A program made the position numbers and the translations under genes. From the IMG/VR virus record IMGVR_UViG_3300025536_000010, positions 79,657 to 143,656 of that record: DNA of 64,000 bases, one strand, 5' to 3'. The notes beneath the pieces are model-generated. The model worked only from the letters and a program-made list of their open reading frames with translations. It was not told the origin of the DNA and did no database searches. The DNA is from a virus. Below, in pieces: positions 1-9,102 of this stretch; position 1 is the stretch's first letter; each line of letters starts with the position of its first letter.

Positions 1-1002
1 AACGACATCAGGAACGGACAGTTTTTCGGCGGCAACGGCGAAGTAGCCCAGGGTACGCGCCGCACGATGGACGAAATGAACAACGCCACGGACCTCTCGC
101 GCTGGACGGACCCGAACGTCAGCAAGTTCGACCAGCTGATGGACACGACGCACCTCATCAACCCGGTGAGCTATGCACGGTCAGCGGGTGGCGTCATCGG
201 CGACGTGGCCAACACAGCCATCTACGACATGCCGGCCATCCTGGGCGGCGATTTCAAAGACATGACCAGGCTAGAGTCGTCGTCGAACATCGGCAAGCAC
301 TTCGAGTCCCAGCAGAAGATCCAGCAGATGCTCTCCGACGACCAGCACAAAAAGACCCTGGCCGGCAAACAGGACGGTATCAACCCGTTCCAGTTCACGC
401 CGCATTTCGACCCGAACAAGGACGCACTGACCAACACCTACAACAGCCTGACGCGCTCGAAGAACCCGCTTGCCAACGTCATCGGCACCGCCCAGGATCT
501 GCACACGTCCGTCTCGACCATGAAAGGCCAGACCGAGGGCCAGGCTCGCGGTTTCGAGCAGATCATGTCCGACCGCCGAGCCGCGAACGAGCAGCGGGCG
601 ACGCAGCTGCGCGACCTCAAGGGTAAAGGTTTCGCCCTGTCGCCGGAGGAACAGGCCATCGTCGCCAAGGCCGACGCCGACCGCAACAAGACGGAGGCCC
701 AGCTGGTCCTGGAGGCATCCGGGTTCAAGCCAGGCGATACGAATACCGCGCTGTACATGACGATGGGGCACAAGTCGATCAACCCATTCGATGGCGAGCA
801 GCGCGCCAGCGCCCTCAACCCTGTCTCCGGTCGCCGCTTGGCCGAGGAAGCGCAGACGGCCATCGACCACGGCGACACCGGCCAGCGTGTCGCCGGGCAC
901 GCCGTCAAGGACTTCACGAGCCCGGTGGCTAGCTGGGAACAGATCCGCAGCGGTGACTTCCGCGTGCCCGGGTGGAACAGCGTTAAGTCGCTGTGGGACT
1001 AA
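1..1002 (+). CDS. Hypothetical protein, 5'-truncated by the window edge (possible internal virion protein)
   Basis: Frame 1 is open from base 1 to the TAA ending at 1002; hydrophilic, helical-looking sequence upstream of the head module. Confidence 0.6.
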   Translation, partial: NDIRNGQFFGGNGEVAQGTRRTMDEMNNATDLSRWTDPNVSKFDQLMDTTHLINPVSYARSAGGVIGDVANTAIYDMPAILGGDFKDMTRLESSSNIGKHFESQQKIQQMLSDDQHKKTLAGKQDGINPFQFTPHFDPNKDALTNTYNSLTRSKNPLANVIGTAQDLHTSVSTMKGQTEGQARGFEQIMSDRRAANEQRATQLRDLKGKGFALSPEEQAIVAKADADRNKTEAQLVLEASGFKPGDTNTALYMTMGHKSINPFDGEQRASALNPVSGRRLAEEAQTAIDHGDTGQRVAGHAVKDFTSPVASWEQIRSGDFRVPGWNSVKSLWD

Positions 1003-1069
1003 GCCTAGCCTAGCCTCAGCCCGAACCTGGATTGTATAATCCGGTTATGTCTTGCAAGGAGTGCAAAGT

Positions 1070-2059
1070 ATGAACAAGGAAGTTATTGCCCAGATCGGGC
1101 TCGCGGCCGGGCTTCTCCACAAGAACGCCGGGTTCGATCTGCGTTCGATGGCAAACCTGTTCGGCCGTGGGGCCAAGGCGGTCGGCCACCAGGCCACCGG
1201 CCTGAGCCGCACGGTGACGCCGCAAATCTCGCAGGTCGGCAACCGCACGGTCGGCACGCTCAAGCCGGGCTGGGGCTTCAACGCCGCCAAGCCCATCCAG
1301 ACGGCCGCAGGTGTGGGCGCTGCCGGCGTCGGCGGGGCGATGGCGCACCAGAACCTCTCCGAAAGGGCCTTCTACGAGGGCAAGAGCGGCTTCAACCCCT
1401 ACACCTGGGGCCAGGACGCTCCCAGCCACGAAGAGTTGTTCCAGCGCAACCAGAACCGTTTCAACGAGATGGCCCAGCCGCTGGTCGACCAGCAGGAAGC
1501 CGCGCGCGGCAAGAACGACATGGGCGAGTACAATCGCCTCCAGGAGCAACTCGAACGCGGCAACTTCGGTGGCACCTTCCGTTTCGGCTTCGGCCAGAGC
1601 AACGCCAGCCGTTTCATGGGCAACGCCCAGGGCGCGCAGAAAGCTCGCCAGGGCGAGTACAACAAGGAGATGGCCGCAGTCGGCCCCCAGGCCGGCGACG
1701 ACCAACTGCTCCAGTCGTTGCGGCAGCGACTGTCTTCCGGTAACCTGCTGCCGGTGCAGGCCGCGAGCCTCCAGAAGCAAATGGAACACGTCCAGAAGCG
1801 GATGTCGCAGACGCCGGGCACCGAGACGGCCGCCGCCACGGCCATCGCCCAGAAGATGCGCGGCGCGGGTATGCGGCACACGCCCTACGAAGTACCAGGT
1901 GGTAGTCCGTCGCCGTTCCCGATGCCGGCCGCTGGGCATTGGCAGCTGGGCGGGCGGCCGATGAACCCAGGCTTCGTGCAAGGTTGGAACCTGAACCCGA
2001 ACGACCACCGGCAGTCCCCCGACATCAACAGCGTCTGGGAGAATGTCCTGGCGCGCTAA
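1070..2059 (+). CDS. Gly/Ala/Gln-rich hypothetical protein, putative internal head/ejection protein
   Basis: AAGGAG before ATG 1070; glycine-zipper-like AAGVGAAGVGGA segment; KNA motif near the N-terminus. Confidence 0.6.
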   Translation: MNKEVIAQIGLAAGLLHKNAGFDLRSMANLFGRGAKAVGHQATGLSRTVTPQISQVGNRTVGTLKPGWGFNAAKPIQTAAGVGAAGVGGAMAHQNLSERAFYEGKSGFNPYTWGQDAPSHEELFQRNQNRFNEMAQPLVDQQEAARGKNDMGEYNRLQEQLERGNFGGTFRFGFGQSNASRFMGNAQGAQKARQGEYNKEMAAVGPQAGDDQLLQSLRQRLSSGNLLPVQAASLQKQMEHVQKRMSQTPGTETAAATAIAQKMRGAGMRHTPYEVPGGSPSPFPMPAAGHWQLGGRPMNPGFVQGWNLNPNDHRQSPDINSVWENVLAR

Positions 2060-2087
2060 GTCAAGGACGACAAAAGGGAAGGAACCC

Positions 2088-4727
2088 ATGCAGGCCACCC
2101 AAAAGCCGTTTTTTGAAAAGCGGGCCACGGCGTTCGGCACCTATTATGTGTCGTCTCTGCCAAAACTGGCCATCGCGCAGTACCTCCGCGAACGGTCGCT
2201 GTGTCGCATCAAGGAGGCGTCGCTCGGCGGCGACCAGGAGCAGGGCTTCGAGCAAGCCTTCTCGTCGCTGGCGTATGCCTACTTGAAAGACAAAAGCCCC
2301 CGCTTGCTGGACTTCATTGTGGGCTTTCAGCTGGTCGACCGCAACGAAGACAACACGAAGGCGATGGGCGTCTTCGGTTTCAAGGTCGGCGATCAGTGGC
2401 TGTACGCGCCCGTTTTCTTCCTCAACGGCGACTTGAAGGGCCACGAACTCCTGTACATCAAGAAACAGGATGCTTTCGTGCCCATGAAGGAGAACTGGGT
2501 CAACTACCTGATCTCCCGCAAGCCGCACACCCTGGGCGAAGGCAGCGAGCAGAACACGTTCGAGTTGGGCGGCCTCATGCCCAACATCTCGAAGCTGTCG
2601 CGGCTGCCCGGCGGCAGCAAGTACGGCTCGGACGGCGCAGCCACCATGCCGGTCCACATCGACGACTGGGCCAAGCCGGCCCTGCCGCTCCTTATGGCCC
2701 TGGCCACGAAGAAAGCCCGCGCGCTTTACCCGGACATGGTCAAAGACGCCACCGACCTGAATTTCAAGTCGTTGGTGGGCAGCCCGGTGCGCGCGGCTCT
2801 GGCACCGTTCGCCGAGAACTTCGACCTGAACAAAGCGCTGACGCACCCGACGCTGCTCAAGGTCGCCCGGCAGCTGTACGACGCCTACCCGCTCATCAAG
2901 GCGGGCTTCGACCGCTTCTACGGAGCAGACTTCTTCCCCAAGATGGAGAAGCTGGCCCGCGACACGGCGGACAGCCTGGTCACCAAGGCGGCCGGGTCGT
3001 TCGTTGTGCCGCCCAAGCCGTACAAGAAAAAGCGGAAGGCGTCGCCGTTTCTGATCGAAGACCCCGAGCCCAAAAAGGCGTGGGACAAGAACGCCGAGAT
3101 CACCGTTATCGCCCTGGACGTCGACAACGACGTGCCCATCACGGTCAACAAGAAAGAGTTGACCGAGGAGGAGCGGGCGCGGCTGCTGCGCGACACCGTC
3201 CTCATCAAGGACGAACGCGACCCGCACGGCGACAAAACCAGCATCGCCTACAACACCCAGGTCCGCATGGAACTGGTCAACCCGAGCGAAACCGGCATCT
3301 ACGAGGTGCTGGAAAAGCCGGGCTCTTTCGACAAGATGCTTATCATCGCGGCCCCACACTCCGGGCGCGGGCAAGAGGACCATTGCGTTCTGATCCGCAA
3401 GGGTTCTCCCAGGAACTGGATCAACGCACACCGCACGACATTGTGGGCGAAGCAAACGGACGCCCCGACGCGCAAGGAGTGGGACGATTGGTACGAGTCG
3501 CTCAGTGGCACCAGCAGCCTGGAAAAGGGCGGCGTCTATGTTGCCGTCAACAAGAGCGGCTCGGGCACCTGTCCGTTCCGCGTCCGCGAGAACTACGGCG
3601 ACGGCGTCTACCGGGTGGAGTGGAAAGACTACTGCTCCTACAACCACGGCCGTCCGTCCTCGCTGCCGAAAATCGACCGGCCGCACGACTGGGAGATTGG
3701 CTACAGCGGCTGGGACGCCAAGCTGTACATCAACAAGCGCAAGGGCTCGAAGCTGCGCGTGGTCAACGGCGAGATGACTGTCCCCGAGGACTTCAAAATC
3801 ATCACGGTGGCCAAGCCGCCGCCACCGCCGAAAAAGGACAAGAGCCTGGTCGACATGTGCTGTTCGTCGGAGTCGAGCAGCCGCGCCGAGGGCAGCGACG
3901 AGCGGCCGATCCAGCCAGGCAACCTGGCTGACGTCCAGATCATGCTCCAGAAGAACGCCCACGTCGTCAAGCTACACGACACCGGGGCCAGCGAGGTCTG
4001 GCTCAAGAGCCGGCGCGGCGACGAGCGTATGTCGAAGAAGGCAGCGCTCATCAGCCTGGTCCGCGATCACGGTACGAGCGAACACCAGGCCCGCGAGATG
4101 CTCAAGCAAGCCACCGTGGCGGCTGTCCACGGGCGGCCGGCGACTTTCTACGTCAAGTACGCCCAGGGCTTCGGGCTCCAACCGGGGCCGAACGCCCCGC
4201 CGTTCCCTGAGCCCGAAATGGGCATGGAGCAGCACGGCTACAACTCCACGCAGGCCATCTACCCGCAGGAGGAGTACCAGCCGGTCGACGAGATGTCGAG
4301 TCAGCTGACGGACCAGTCGATCTACGACCCCTTCTACACGCCGGACCAGCAGGCGATGCAGGTCGCCCAGCAGGCATCGTCCAGCGGCCAGAAGGAGGTC
4401 TTCGACACGGCGATGATCTCGGGCATGCTCAAAGCCGTGCGCCAGGATAGCCTGGTGGATCGCTACTTGGGCGACCTGATGAAGGCCCTCGATAAGCTGG
4501 GCCGCATCCTGTTCATGTTCTACTGGCACTCGGAAGAGTTCGAGGATCGCTACGGCAAGCAAGACTTGCCCGAACTGGAAGACTCGCTGCGGAACGCCTT
4601 CGAGGTGTTGGGCGATGTCTGCCTCTTCCTCCAGGAGAAAACCGTTAAGGGCGCGACCGGCATGATGTCCGGCGTCGGCAACCCTGGCAAGGGCGAGCCC
4701 AGCGTGGAAGAGGCCGCCCGCAACTAA
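2088..4727 (+). CDS. Large head-module protein (about 879 aa), putative prohead core/internal protein
   Basis: Long ORF, GGAAGGA before ATG 2088 (start uncertain); several KxA motifs; position upstream of protease and capsid genes. Confidence 0.6.
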   Translation: MQATQKPFFEKRATAFGTYYVSSLPKLAIAQYLRERSLCRIKEASLGGDQEQGFEQAFSSLAYAYLKDKSPRLLDFIVGFQLVDRNEDNTKAMGVFGFKVGDQWLYAPVFFLNGDLKGHELLYIKKQDAFVPMKENWVNYLISRKPHTLGEGSEQNTFELGGLMPNISKLSRLPGGSKYGSDGAATMPVHIDDWAKPALPLLMALATKKARALYPDMVKDATDLNFKSLVGSPVRAALAPFAENFDLNKALTHPTLLKVARQLYDAYPLIKAGFDRFYGADFFPKMEKLARDTADSLVTKAAGSFVVPPKPYKKKRKASPFLIEDPEPKKAWDKNAEITVIALDVDNDVPITVNKKELTEEERARLLRDTVLIKDERDPHGDKTSIAYNTQVRMELVNPSETGIYEVLEKPGSFDKMLIIAAPHSGRGQEDHCVLIRKGSPRNWINAHRTTLWAKQTDAPTRKEWDDWYESLSGTSSLEKGGVYVAVNKSGSGTCPFRVRENYGDGVYRVEWKDYCSYNHGRPSSLPKIDRPHDWEIGYSGWDAKLYINKRKGSKLRVVNGEMTVPEDFKIITVAKPPPPPKKDKSLVDMCCSSESSSRAEGSDERPIQPGNLADVQIMLQKNAHVVKLHDTGASEVWLKSRRGDERMSKKAALISLVRDHGTSEHQAREMLKQATVAAVHGRPATFYVKYAQGFGLQPGPNAPPFPEPEMGMEQHGYNSTQAIYPQEEYQPVDEMSSQLTDQSIYDPFYTPDQQAMQVAQQASSSGQKEVFDTAMISGMLKAVRQDSLVDRYLGDLMKALDKLGRILFMFYWHSEEFEDRYGKQDLPELEDSLRNAFEVLGDVCLFLQEKTVKGATGMMSGVGNPGKGEPSVEEAARN

Positions 4728-4736
4728 GGAGAAGTC

Positions 4737-5189
4737 ATGCTTCCGTACACGATGCAGCCGCAGGTGATCGAGGCCACGGGCGGCCAGTCGCAGTGCTTCG
4801 AGTTCGACTTCCCGAGCCGGGTGTTTATCCGCACGATCATCATCCAGCAGATCTCGGGGGTCTTCGAGAATTTCACGGCTGCCCTTTTCAATCACGAGGG
4901 CACCTGCGAAGGACTGTCGGAATCGGACAGCGAAGGTCCGGTAACCGGCGGCATACCGCCCGACAACTACCGGGTGACCCCGGACCTGGTCGGCACGACC
5001 GGCAGCTATCAGTTCTTCTCCGAGAGCCTCAACGGCGGCAACGGCTACGACTTTTTCAACCTGGACGGCGCCAATCAGCGCGGCAGCCGCCTGGGCAACG
5101 CTCGCAAACTCTATCTGCGGCTGACGCCTTCCGGCAGTGGCCCCAAGCGCTACGCCGTAACCATCGGCGGTTGCACGGCGATGATCTGA
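4737..5189 (+). CDS. Hypothetical beta-rich virion protein
   Basis: AAGGAG RBS; tightly packed after the previous gene. Confidence 0.6.
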   Translation: MLPYTMQPQVIEATGGQSQCFEFDFPSRVFIRTIIIQQISGVFENFTAALFNHEGTCEGLSESDSEGPVTGGIPPDNYRVTPDLVGTTGSYQFFSESLNGGNGYDFFNLDGANQRGSRLGNARKLYLRLTPSGSGPKRYAVTIGGCTAMI

Positions 5190-5191
5190 CC

Positions 5192-5209
5192 CTAAAAAGT
5201 GGATTTTGA
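5192..5209. promoter_or_regulatory. Representative copy of a dispersed 18-bp site (consensus YYAAAAWVYGGHTTWKRR)
   Basis: CTAAAAAGTGGATTTTGA; at least 10 copies in the window (listed in findings). Confidence 0.7.
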
Positions 5210-5212
5210 AAC

Positions 5213-6268
5213 ATGACCATGAAGCTGAACAGCGTCTTCCAGCGTTATAACTTTTACCGCAAGCCGGAGTGGCGCTGGGACCGCGTGCTGACGATGGTGG
5301 ACCGCAACGACTCGCCGGGCCGCTGCACCAAGCACGACGACGAGTTCGTCCGTGAGGCGCGCAAGTTCACCCTGCTGCACCGGGGGGCCGAGGACAATGA
5401 GGCCCGTGAGAAGCTGTTCTGGGACAACCCCGGCCTCTACTACGCCTACGATTTCTACATGAAGCGGGAGAACCCCGCCGAGTGCGAAGGCGCGATGTTC
5501 ATTGAGGCCCGGCTGCTGGCGCGGCAGAACTACGAGCAGATTGCCGCGGCCATGACGACGCACCCCGAAGCGGTGCGCTGGTACGAGGCCCTGTTCTTCA
5601 ACGTGATGCCTTACCTGAACGCACGGGACTGGATCACCAAGCACGTTCTGATGCCGGCGTTCGACAAGCATCACAACAACGTCATGGCGCCCGACGACGG
5701 TGTGGCCCTGCCGTTCCGCGACAGTACGGTCGCCTACCCGTTCAAGGACGGCTCGCTCAAGCTGTTCGCGTACTTCGGCGGCCCGTTCATCGTTGACTTC
5801 ATGATCCAGGGCCTCCAGGCCGGCAAGCCGCTGACCAGCGGCGAAGATCTGGCATCCTGGCTCGACAAAACCTGGTCCAACACGGTGCGGCGGCGCTCGG
5901 CACAGGCGGCCATGCAGTTCGAGATCAACAAGTACAACGTGACCGAACTCATGGCCATCCACAGCCGTATCATCGAACTGGATAACTCGGAAGAGGCCCA
6001 GGACAAACAGAAGACGGCCACAGACCGGCACATCCAGGCGCTTATCGACGAGATCCCCTGGGCGGTCGGCGACGAGGGCAAGAAGACGTACGGGAAGACC
6101 ATCGTCGGCCGGTTCGACGAAATGGCGGCTGAACTCCGCGACGACGAGTTGCTCCAGCTGGCCGCGGGCCAGGCGGTGCCCCGGCTCGCCAAGGACTTCC
6201 CCGAGCGGCTGCCGCCGCCGCGGAAAAAGATCCAGGAGGTCGGGGACAGCAAAGAGTTGTTGCAGTAA
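5213..6268 (+). CDS. Hypothetical protein (351 aa), possibly DNA-binding or packaging related
   Basis: Globular-looking ORF with a helical EARLLARQNYEQIA segment; function not recognised. Confidence 0.6.
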   Translation: MTMKLNSVFQRYNFYRKPEWRWDRVLTMVDRNDSPGRCTKHDDEFVREARKFTLLHRGAEDNEAREKLFWDNPGLYYAYDFYMKRENPAECEGAMFIEARLLARQNYEQIAAAMTTHPEAVRWYEALFFNVMPYLNARDWITKHVLMPAFDKHHNNVMAPDDGVALPFRDSTVAYPFKDGSLKLFAYFGGPFIVDFMIQGLQAGKPLTSGEDLASWLDKTWSNTVRRRSAQAAMQFEINKYNVTELMAIHSRIIELDNSEEAQDKQKTATDRHIQALIDEIPWAVGDEGKKTYGKTIVGRFDEMAAELRDDELLQLAAGQAVPRLAKDFPERLPPPRKKIQEVGDSKELLQ

Positions 6269-6310
6269 GCGCGGCTGCGGTAGACTAAGGGAGAGGTTAA
6301 GGAGGACCAA

Positions 6311-7690
6311 ATGATGGCCAACACCATCGACAGCACGGAGGAGCGTCAACTCCTGGAAGCTGTCAAGAAAGCGGTCGACTACGTCGACGGCGCGGGCCTC
6401 AGTCCCGATGCGGCCATCGAGAAGGTGGCGCGGGCGGAGCAGTTCGGCCCCGGCAAGATCAAGCTGATCGCCTACGCCTACAACACCGGCCGGCAAACCG
6501 GCCAGTGGGACACCGGCGGCAACGTCCTCGACAAGCTCGCCAGCTACCCGCTGGCGGACCCGGACAAGATCGTACAAAGCCTCTACAACAGCGCGTCGCC
6601 AGCTGAGAAGCAGGCGGCAGCGCGGTTGCCGGAGGAGTACGCCTTCCCGCCTGGCTGGCTGGAGATGCAGCAGCGCGAGAAGGTCGCCCGCGCGCCACTG
6701 CCGATGGAGATGCCGAAGCCGACTGAGTTGCAGCGCGATCCGGTCGAGGCGTTCCACCGCGCAACCGGCAACATCAAACGGGCGAAGCACGCCGTCGATC
6801 AGCTGAACCGCGAAGCTAGCAGCGCCGAGGACGCGGTGCGGCGCAACGTTTTCCAGCTGGTCAGCTATTTCCGCAAGGCAGCCCACGACCGCATGCCGTT
6901 CGAGCATGTTGAGTGCGTGGCGCGAACGTACTTCGGCCCAGCTGCGCAGCCGCTCATGGACGTGGTCTACGGTCAGGCCAGGCTACGCGAGAAGCGGGCC
7001 GGAGCGCTGCCGCCGATTCTCACCAACGCCATCAACCAGCGGGCCGAACCGTTCTCGATCATCCGCGACTGCGTCAAAGCAGCCGAGAACTGCAACCTGG
7101 CCAAGCAGCAGGCCAAACTGGGTACGGAGAAGCTGGCCTCTTTCGAGAAGGAGCAGTTGCTCCCTTTCTCGGCGGCCGGGGGGTCGAAGCCGCAAGGTCT
7201 GGCGTCGTCTGCTCGCATCCAAATCGCAGGTCTGGATTGTGAGAAGGCCGCCAGCATCCTGGGCTCCCCGGCACTTGGCGCGGCAGTGGGCACCATGCTC
7301 GGTCGGACCATCGGCACGGTCGGTAAGAGCAAAGACGATCTGGTCGAAGACGCCTGGATGAACCTGGAAGATCCGAACCACGCCAACGAGATCCGCAAGA
7401 TCCGCGCCCACACGATGCTCAACGAGCTAATGACGGACCCGGACGACCCGATCTCGGGCTACGAGCCCGACCGGGTGCTCAAGGCGTACAACGAGATCTC
7501 CCAGGTCACCCCGCGCGTCGCCGAGAACGCCGCTACGCTCCGTCCGGCACTGCGGCGGTCGCTGGAAGGCCACACGCAACCGTTCGAGTCCAAGGAACTG
7601 ACGGACATCGAGAAGGGACTGGCGGCGACGCGCATGAGCACGCCGAACACCAGTATCCTCAATAACTCCCCGGACTCGCTCTTGGGGTAG
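6311..7690 (+). CDS. Putative internal head protein (459 aa)
   Basis: AAGGAGG RBS; EKQA, EKVA, RKAA, EKRA and EKAA motifs; head-module position. Confidence 0.55.
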   Translation: MMANTIDSTEERQLLEAVKKAVDYVDGAGLSPDAAIEKVARAEQFGPGKIKLIAYAYNTGRQTGQWDTGGNVLDKLASYPLADPDKIVQSLYNSASPAEKQAAARLPEEYAFPPGWLEMQQREKVARAPLPMEMPKPTELQRDPVEAFHRATGNIKRAKHAVDQLNREASSAEDAVRRNVFQLVSYFRKAAHDRMPFEHVECVARTYFGPAAQPLMDVVYGQARLREKRAGALPPILTNAINQRAEPFSIIRDCVKAAENCNLAKQQAKLGTEKLASFEKEQLLPFSAAGGSKPQGLASSARIQIAGLDCEKAASILGSPALGAAVGTMLGRTIGTVGKSKDDLVEDAWMNLEDPNHANEIRKIRAHTMLNELMTDPDDPISGYEPDRVLKAYNEISQVTPRVAENAATLRPALRRSLEGHTQPFESKELTDIEKGLAATRMSTPNTSILNNSPDSLLG

Positions 7691-7699
7691 GAGGCACGG

Positions 7700-9088
7700 A
7701 TGCTGCTCGACGGAACGCTGCAAGACGCGGTGGAGGCCCTGGCCAAGCGGGCTGCGGACCTGCGTACGCGCCCTGTCACGGTAGCGGAGCGAGAAAAGGT
7801 CGCTGCGGCAGACTTCCTGGCGGGTCTGGGCGACTGGGTCAAAAGCAACCCACTCCAGGCTGGTTCGCTGCTCGGTGGCGTGGCCGGCGCCGGCCTGGGC
7901 GGTGCCAGCACGGCCTTCGGCAACCGCGGCAAGCCGGAGGAACAAAAACGAAGCGTCCTCAGTTCGATGCTGACTGGCGGCCTGGCGGGCACGGCCCTGG
8001 GTGGCGGTGGTGCCCTGGCGTACAAAGGCTACCAGGGTATGCAGACCGGGCAGCAAGGCTTCCAGCCGGGTGACGACCTGCGCCCGGGAGAGTTTGCCAG
8101 GGACGGGCAGAAGTTCAAGATCGACCCCAAGGTGCTGCGACAAAACCCCGGTTTGCACTCCGAGGTTCGCAAGCTGACGGCGCAAGCAAACCCGCTCGAT
8201 ACGGGGTTGAAAAGCGTCCTCGGCGCCGGCAAGGCGCTGCTGGACCGCCAGATCGCACCAGACCAGGGCTTCGGCAACCCCGATGGTAACTTCCTGGATA
8301 AGTACCTACCCGCCACCAGTACCTGGCTGCCGCGCCTGGGTTTGGCCGATGCTGCGCTGCACAGCCAGAAGCTGCGCCTGGGTGAGCGTATGGGTATGGG
8401 TTTCGTACGCCCGGAACGATCCACGGACATCAACCACCTGCTGGAGGGTATCAAGGGCAAGGACAGTGGCATCCCGGAGGCGATCCAAAAGGCGATGCAC
8501 CAGCAGAACCAACCAGGCGGACCCGGTGGCACACTCATGGGCATGCCGGCGAGCCCGACTCCGGGCGACGTGCATGTGCCGTTCTCCGGGCCGAACGACA
8601 AGCGTACCGTGGCCAACATCCTTACCGAAGGTAACCGCGGCGCGGGCTCCTGGAAGGACTGGTTCAAAGACCGCCTCAAGAAGCCAGGTTGGGCCAAAGG
8701 GCAAGGGCATGAGAGCGTCCTCGACGTCAAACATCAGCCGATGAAAGACGTCGTCGAGGAAACGAAAGGCCCCACCGGGTCGTACAAGCAGACGCTCAAG
8801 CAGCCAGACGGACCACCTGTGGTGGAGTCCCTTTCGCGGCAGCAACTAGAACAGGCTAAGCTGCGAGGCTTCCGCGAACTGAACAAGGACTCGCCGCGCA
8901 GCGGGCTCTACAAAGGCATCCTCGGGCAGCGCAACCTCGGTTCGCCGATGGCGCGCATCGGCGGGCGCATAGCCGGTTACGGTCTGGCGCCGCTCGCTGA
9001 GTATGCCGTCCGCTCGCACCTGGAAGACATGAACAAGCAAGACCGGCTGCGGCAGCTGATGGCTGCCCACGCCCAGCGCACCGAGTAA
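7700..9088 (+). CDS. Glycine-zipper protein, putative ejection/internal head protein
   Basis: GGAGG RBS; hydrophobic Gly zippers GGVAGAGLGGA and GGLAGTALGGGGALAY follow an N-terminal EKVA motif. Confidence 0.55.
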   Translation: MLLDGTLQDAVEALAKRAADLRTRPVTVAEREKVAAADFLAGLGDWVKSNPLQAGSLLGGVAGAGLGGASTAFGNRGKPEEQKRSVLSSMLTGGLAGTALGGGGALAYKGYQGMQTGQQGFQPGDDLRPGEFARDGQKFKIDPKVLRQNPGLHSEVRKLTAQANPLDTGLKSVLGAGKALLDRQIAPDQGFGNPDGNFLDKYLPATSTWLPRLGLADAALHSQKLRLGERMGMGFVRPERSTDINHLLEGIKGKDSGIPEAIQKAMHQQNQPGGPGGTLMGMPASPTPGDVHVPFSGPNDKRTVANILTEGNRGAGSWKDWFKDRLKKPGWAKGQGHESVLDVKHQPMKDVVEETKGPTGSYKQTLKQPDGPPVVESLSRQQLEQAKLRGFRELNKDSPRSGLYKGILGQRNLGSPMARIGGRIAGYGLAPLAEYAVRSHLEDMNKQDRLRQLMAAHAQRTE

Positions 9089-9102
9089 GGAGACTCGCAA
9101 TC

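Noticed and set aside
1024..1046. TATAAT (1035-1040) inside an imperfect palindrome AACCTGGATT-GTAT-AATCCGGTT
   Set aside because: No -35 or TGn extension and only one occurrence; may be a promoter/operator but cannot be supported.
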